Program-made: the position numbers and the translations under genes
From: Antedon mediterranea
Lineage: Eukaryota; Animalia; Echinodermata
Assembly (NCBI RefSeq): GCF_964355755.1
Contig: NC_092679.1
Location: forward strand, 1,332,201 to 1,396,200
Length of the DNA stretch: 64,000 nt
Direction of reading: 5' to 3'
Part shown: positions 62,448 through 64,000 of the stretch, piece by piece
Layout: each line of letters begins with the position of its first letter
Numbering within the stretch: position 1 is the first letter of the stretch
Notes under the pieces: model-generated
Told to the model about the DNA's origin: nothing
The model's database searches: none
What the model saw: only the letters and a program-made list of their open reading frames with translations

Positions 62448-64000
62448 CAAACAAAAATATATTTTGAAGGAGACAATTTTCTTCACTATTGTAATTAATA
62501 CCAATTTTATTTTCTGATTATAATAGCAACATTTTAAGTTTAAGATTTAATATTTAATTTAATCAAAATGCTGAATAGAGGCAATTTATTCCGTAAAATT
62601 TTACTGGTAAGACCAGCTTGGAGAGGACATGGACAGGTGACGAACAATTTAAAACAAATAATTGATTTGTGTAACTAGATAATCACTAATGATAACCACA
62701 ATCACACATGTCATTAGCCGCAGTTAGGTGTCAAATTTTAAATTATCTGCAACAACTACTAGACTACGTTTAAGATACAAAATCAAAGCTTCTATATTGA
62801 TTTTTGAGCAAGGCAGGTAATCGTCAGTTTCCTCTTTGTAATTGTAATGAGCTGTGTACGTTTGAAACCGATCTACCGTGCCGTTCCAACTACTCAAGTG
62901 TACGCATTTTCACTAGTGCCACACAAATTGAATTAAAGAATTTGAGTGTTATAACTCTTGTCGTGTTAATTAAGTCATTAAGGTAAGATGTAATAATAAT
63001 TGTTTTAATTTTAGTATGACACATCTTAGTAATCACCGTGACTATGCTGCCTAGACAAACACAAAGATGATATGTTTGTTTTTGATCAACAAATTACAGA
63101 TTTTAATATTCCCTAATTTATTTAGTTGCCGGGCAAACCATCAATTTATTTAGTCTTGTGTAGTAATAAAATAGATTCAATGATATTCATTACGATCAGT
63201 GTTTATTAAGTTTTAAAATATATTATATTATTTATTATATTATTATTTATGTTATTTATTAATTAACAAAACCCTTGAGATTGTATTTGTTGATTTATTT
63301 TACTTTTGTGTAACATGTACTAATTATAATTTAAAATAAAATATGCAGTATTGTTATTTAAACTCACTAAAGGGAAAATGTGTATTTTAAGCTATTTAAA
63401 CTATGATACATTTATGGCCACATTCCTATGCAAGCTCAATATTCTTGTAAAAAAAAATAAATATAATTAAAATTAGTAACCATAATTTGGTTTTAAACCG
63501 CAATATCACTGTTCATACAAAGATATTTATCACTAATAATCAAGGAATGTTAAATACAGTATTTATTTATATTTTTTAAGGGGGTGGGTTATGGTGGGGG
63601 TATCTCAGGTGGGGTGGGGCATCTCAGGTGGGGTGGGGCAGGGCTGTAAGAAGGTTTAGAAATCCCTTCTATGAAAATATAAAAACTTTTTCATTGATAA
63701 AATTGTACTTTTTTGTCTGAAAAACTGAATAGTATACCCTAAATAATTGAAAGTTTAAGTAATTTTACAAGGTGTGTGTCGTTAAATGAATTAACATTAA
63801 TTTGGAATGGACAATAAAAAATACATTAAATTTGATCACAAATAATCAAACATCTATAGGTTTAGATTACAACGTTAATGACTAATAAGTACAAATAGTG
63901 TCCCCACCTACTCAATAGTATACTCGCTCAAGCGTATAAAGACAAAGGTCATATGAGAAGTTTAGTTATCGCCATAACGACTAAAACGGCCTATCCAGAT

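Overview
This is AT-rich, intron-rich animal DNA from an invertebrate, plausibly a deuterostome such as an echinoderm (inference); it is not prokaryotic. From left to right it contains: the 5' part of a coiled-coil gene with a UVR-like motif (-), two tandem TPMT paralogues (-), two orphan ORFs (-), UBR7 (+), SETD3 (-), five tandem single-coding-exon class A GPCRs (+; one intact, four disrupted), ATP6V1D (-), a head-to-head TATDN3 (-)/NSL1 (+) pair, and a short LRR gene (+). Mobile DNA includes a TWA-target MITE family (8 intronic copies), a 5S rRNA+tRNA+CORE-like composite SINE nested in one MITE, a Sola-like TIR element, a foldback element with a 10-bp TSD, a non-autonomous Helitron, LINE fragments and minisatellites. 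The most unusual patterns are: palindromic TAGGCCTA/CTAG-rich tracts at the 5' end (usually the first intron) of most multi-exon genes; a mosaic, birth-and-death GPCR cluster with a captured ATP6V1D exon; and active-site substitutions in the second TPMT. Exon coordinates were read by eye and are approximate, and gene identities rest on remembered protein motifs rather than database searches.
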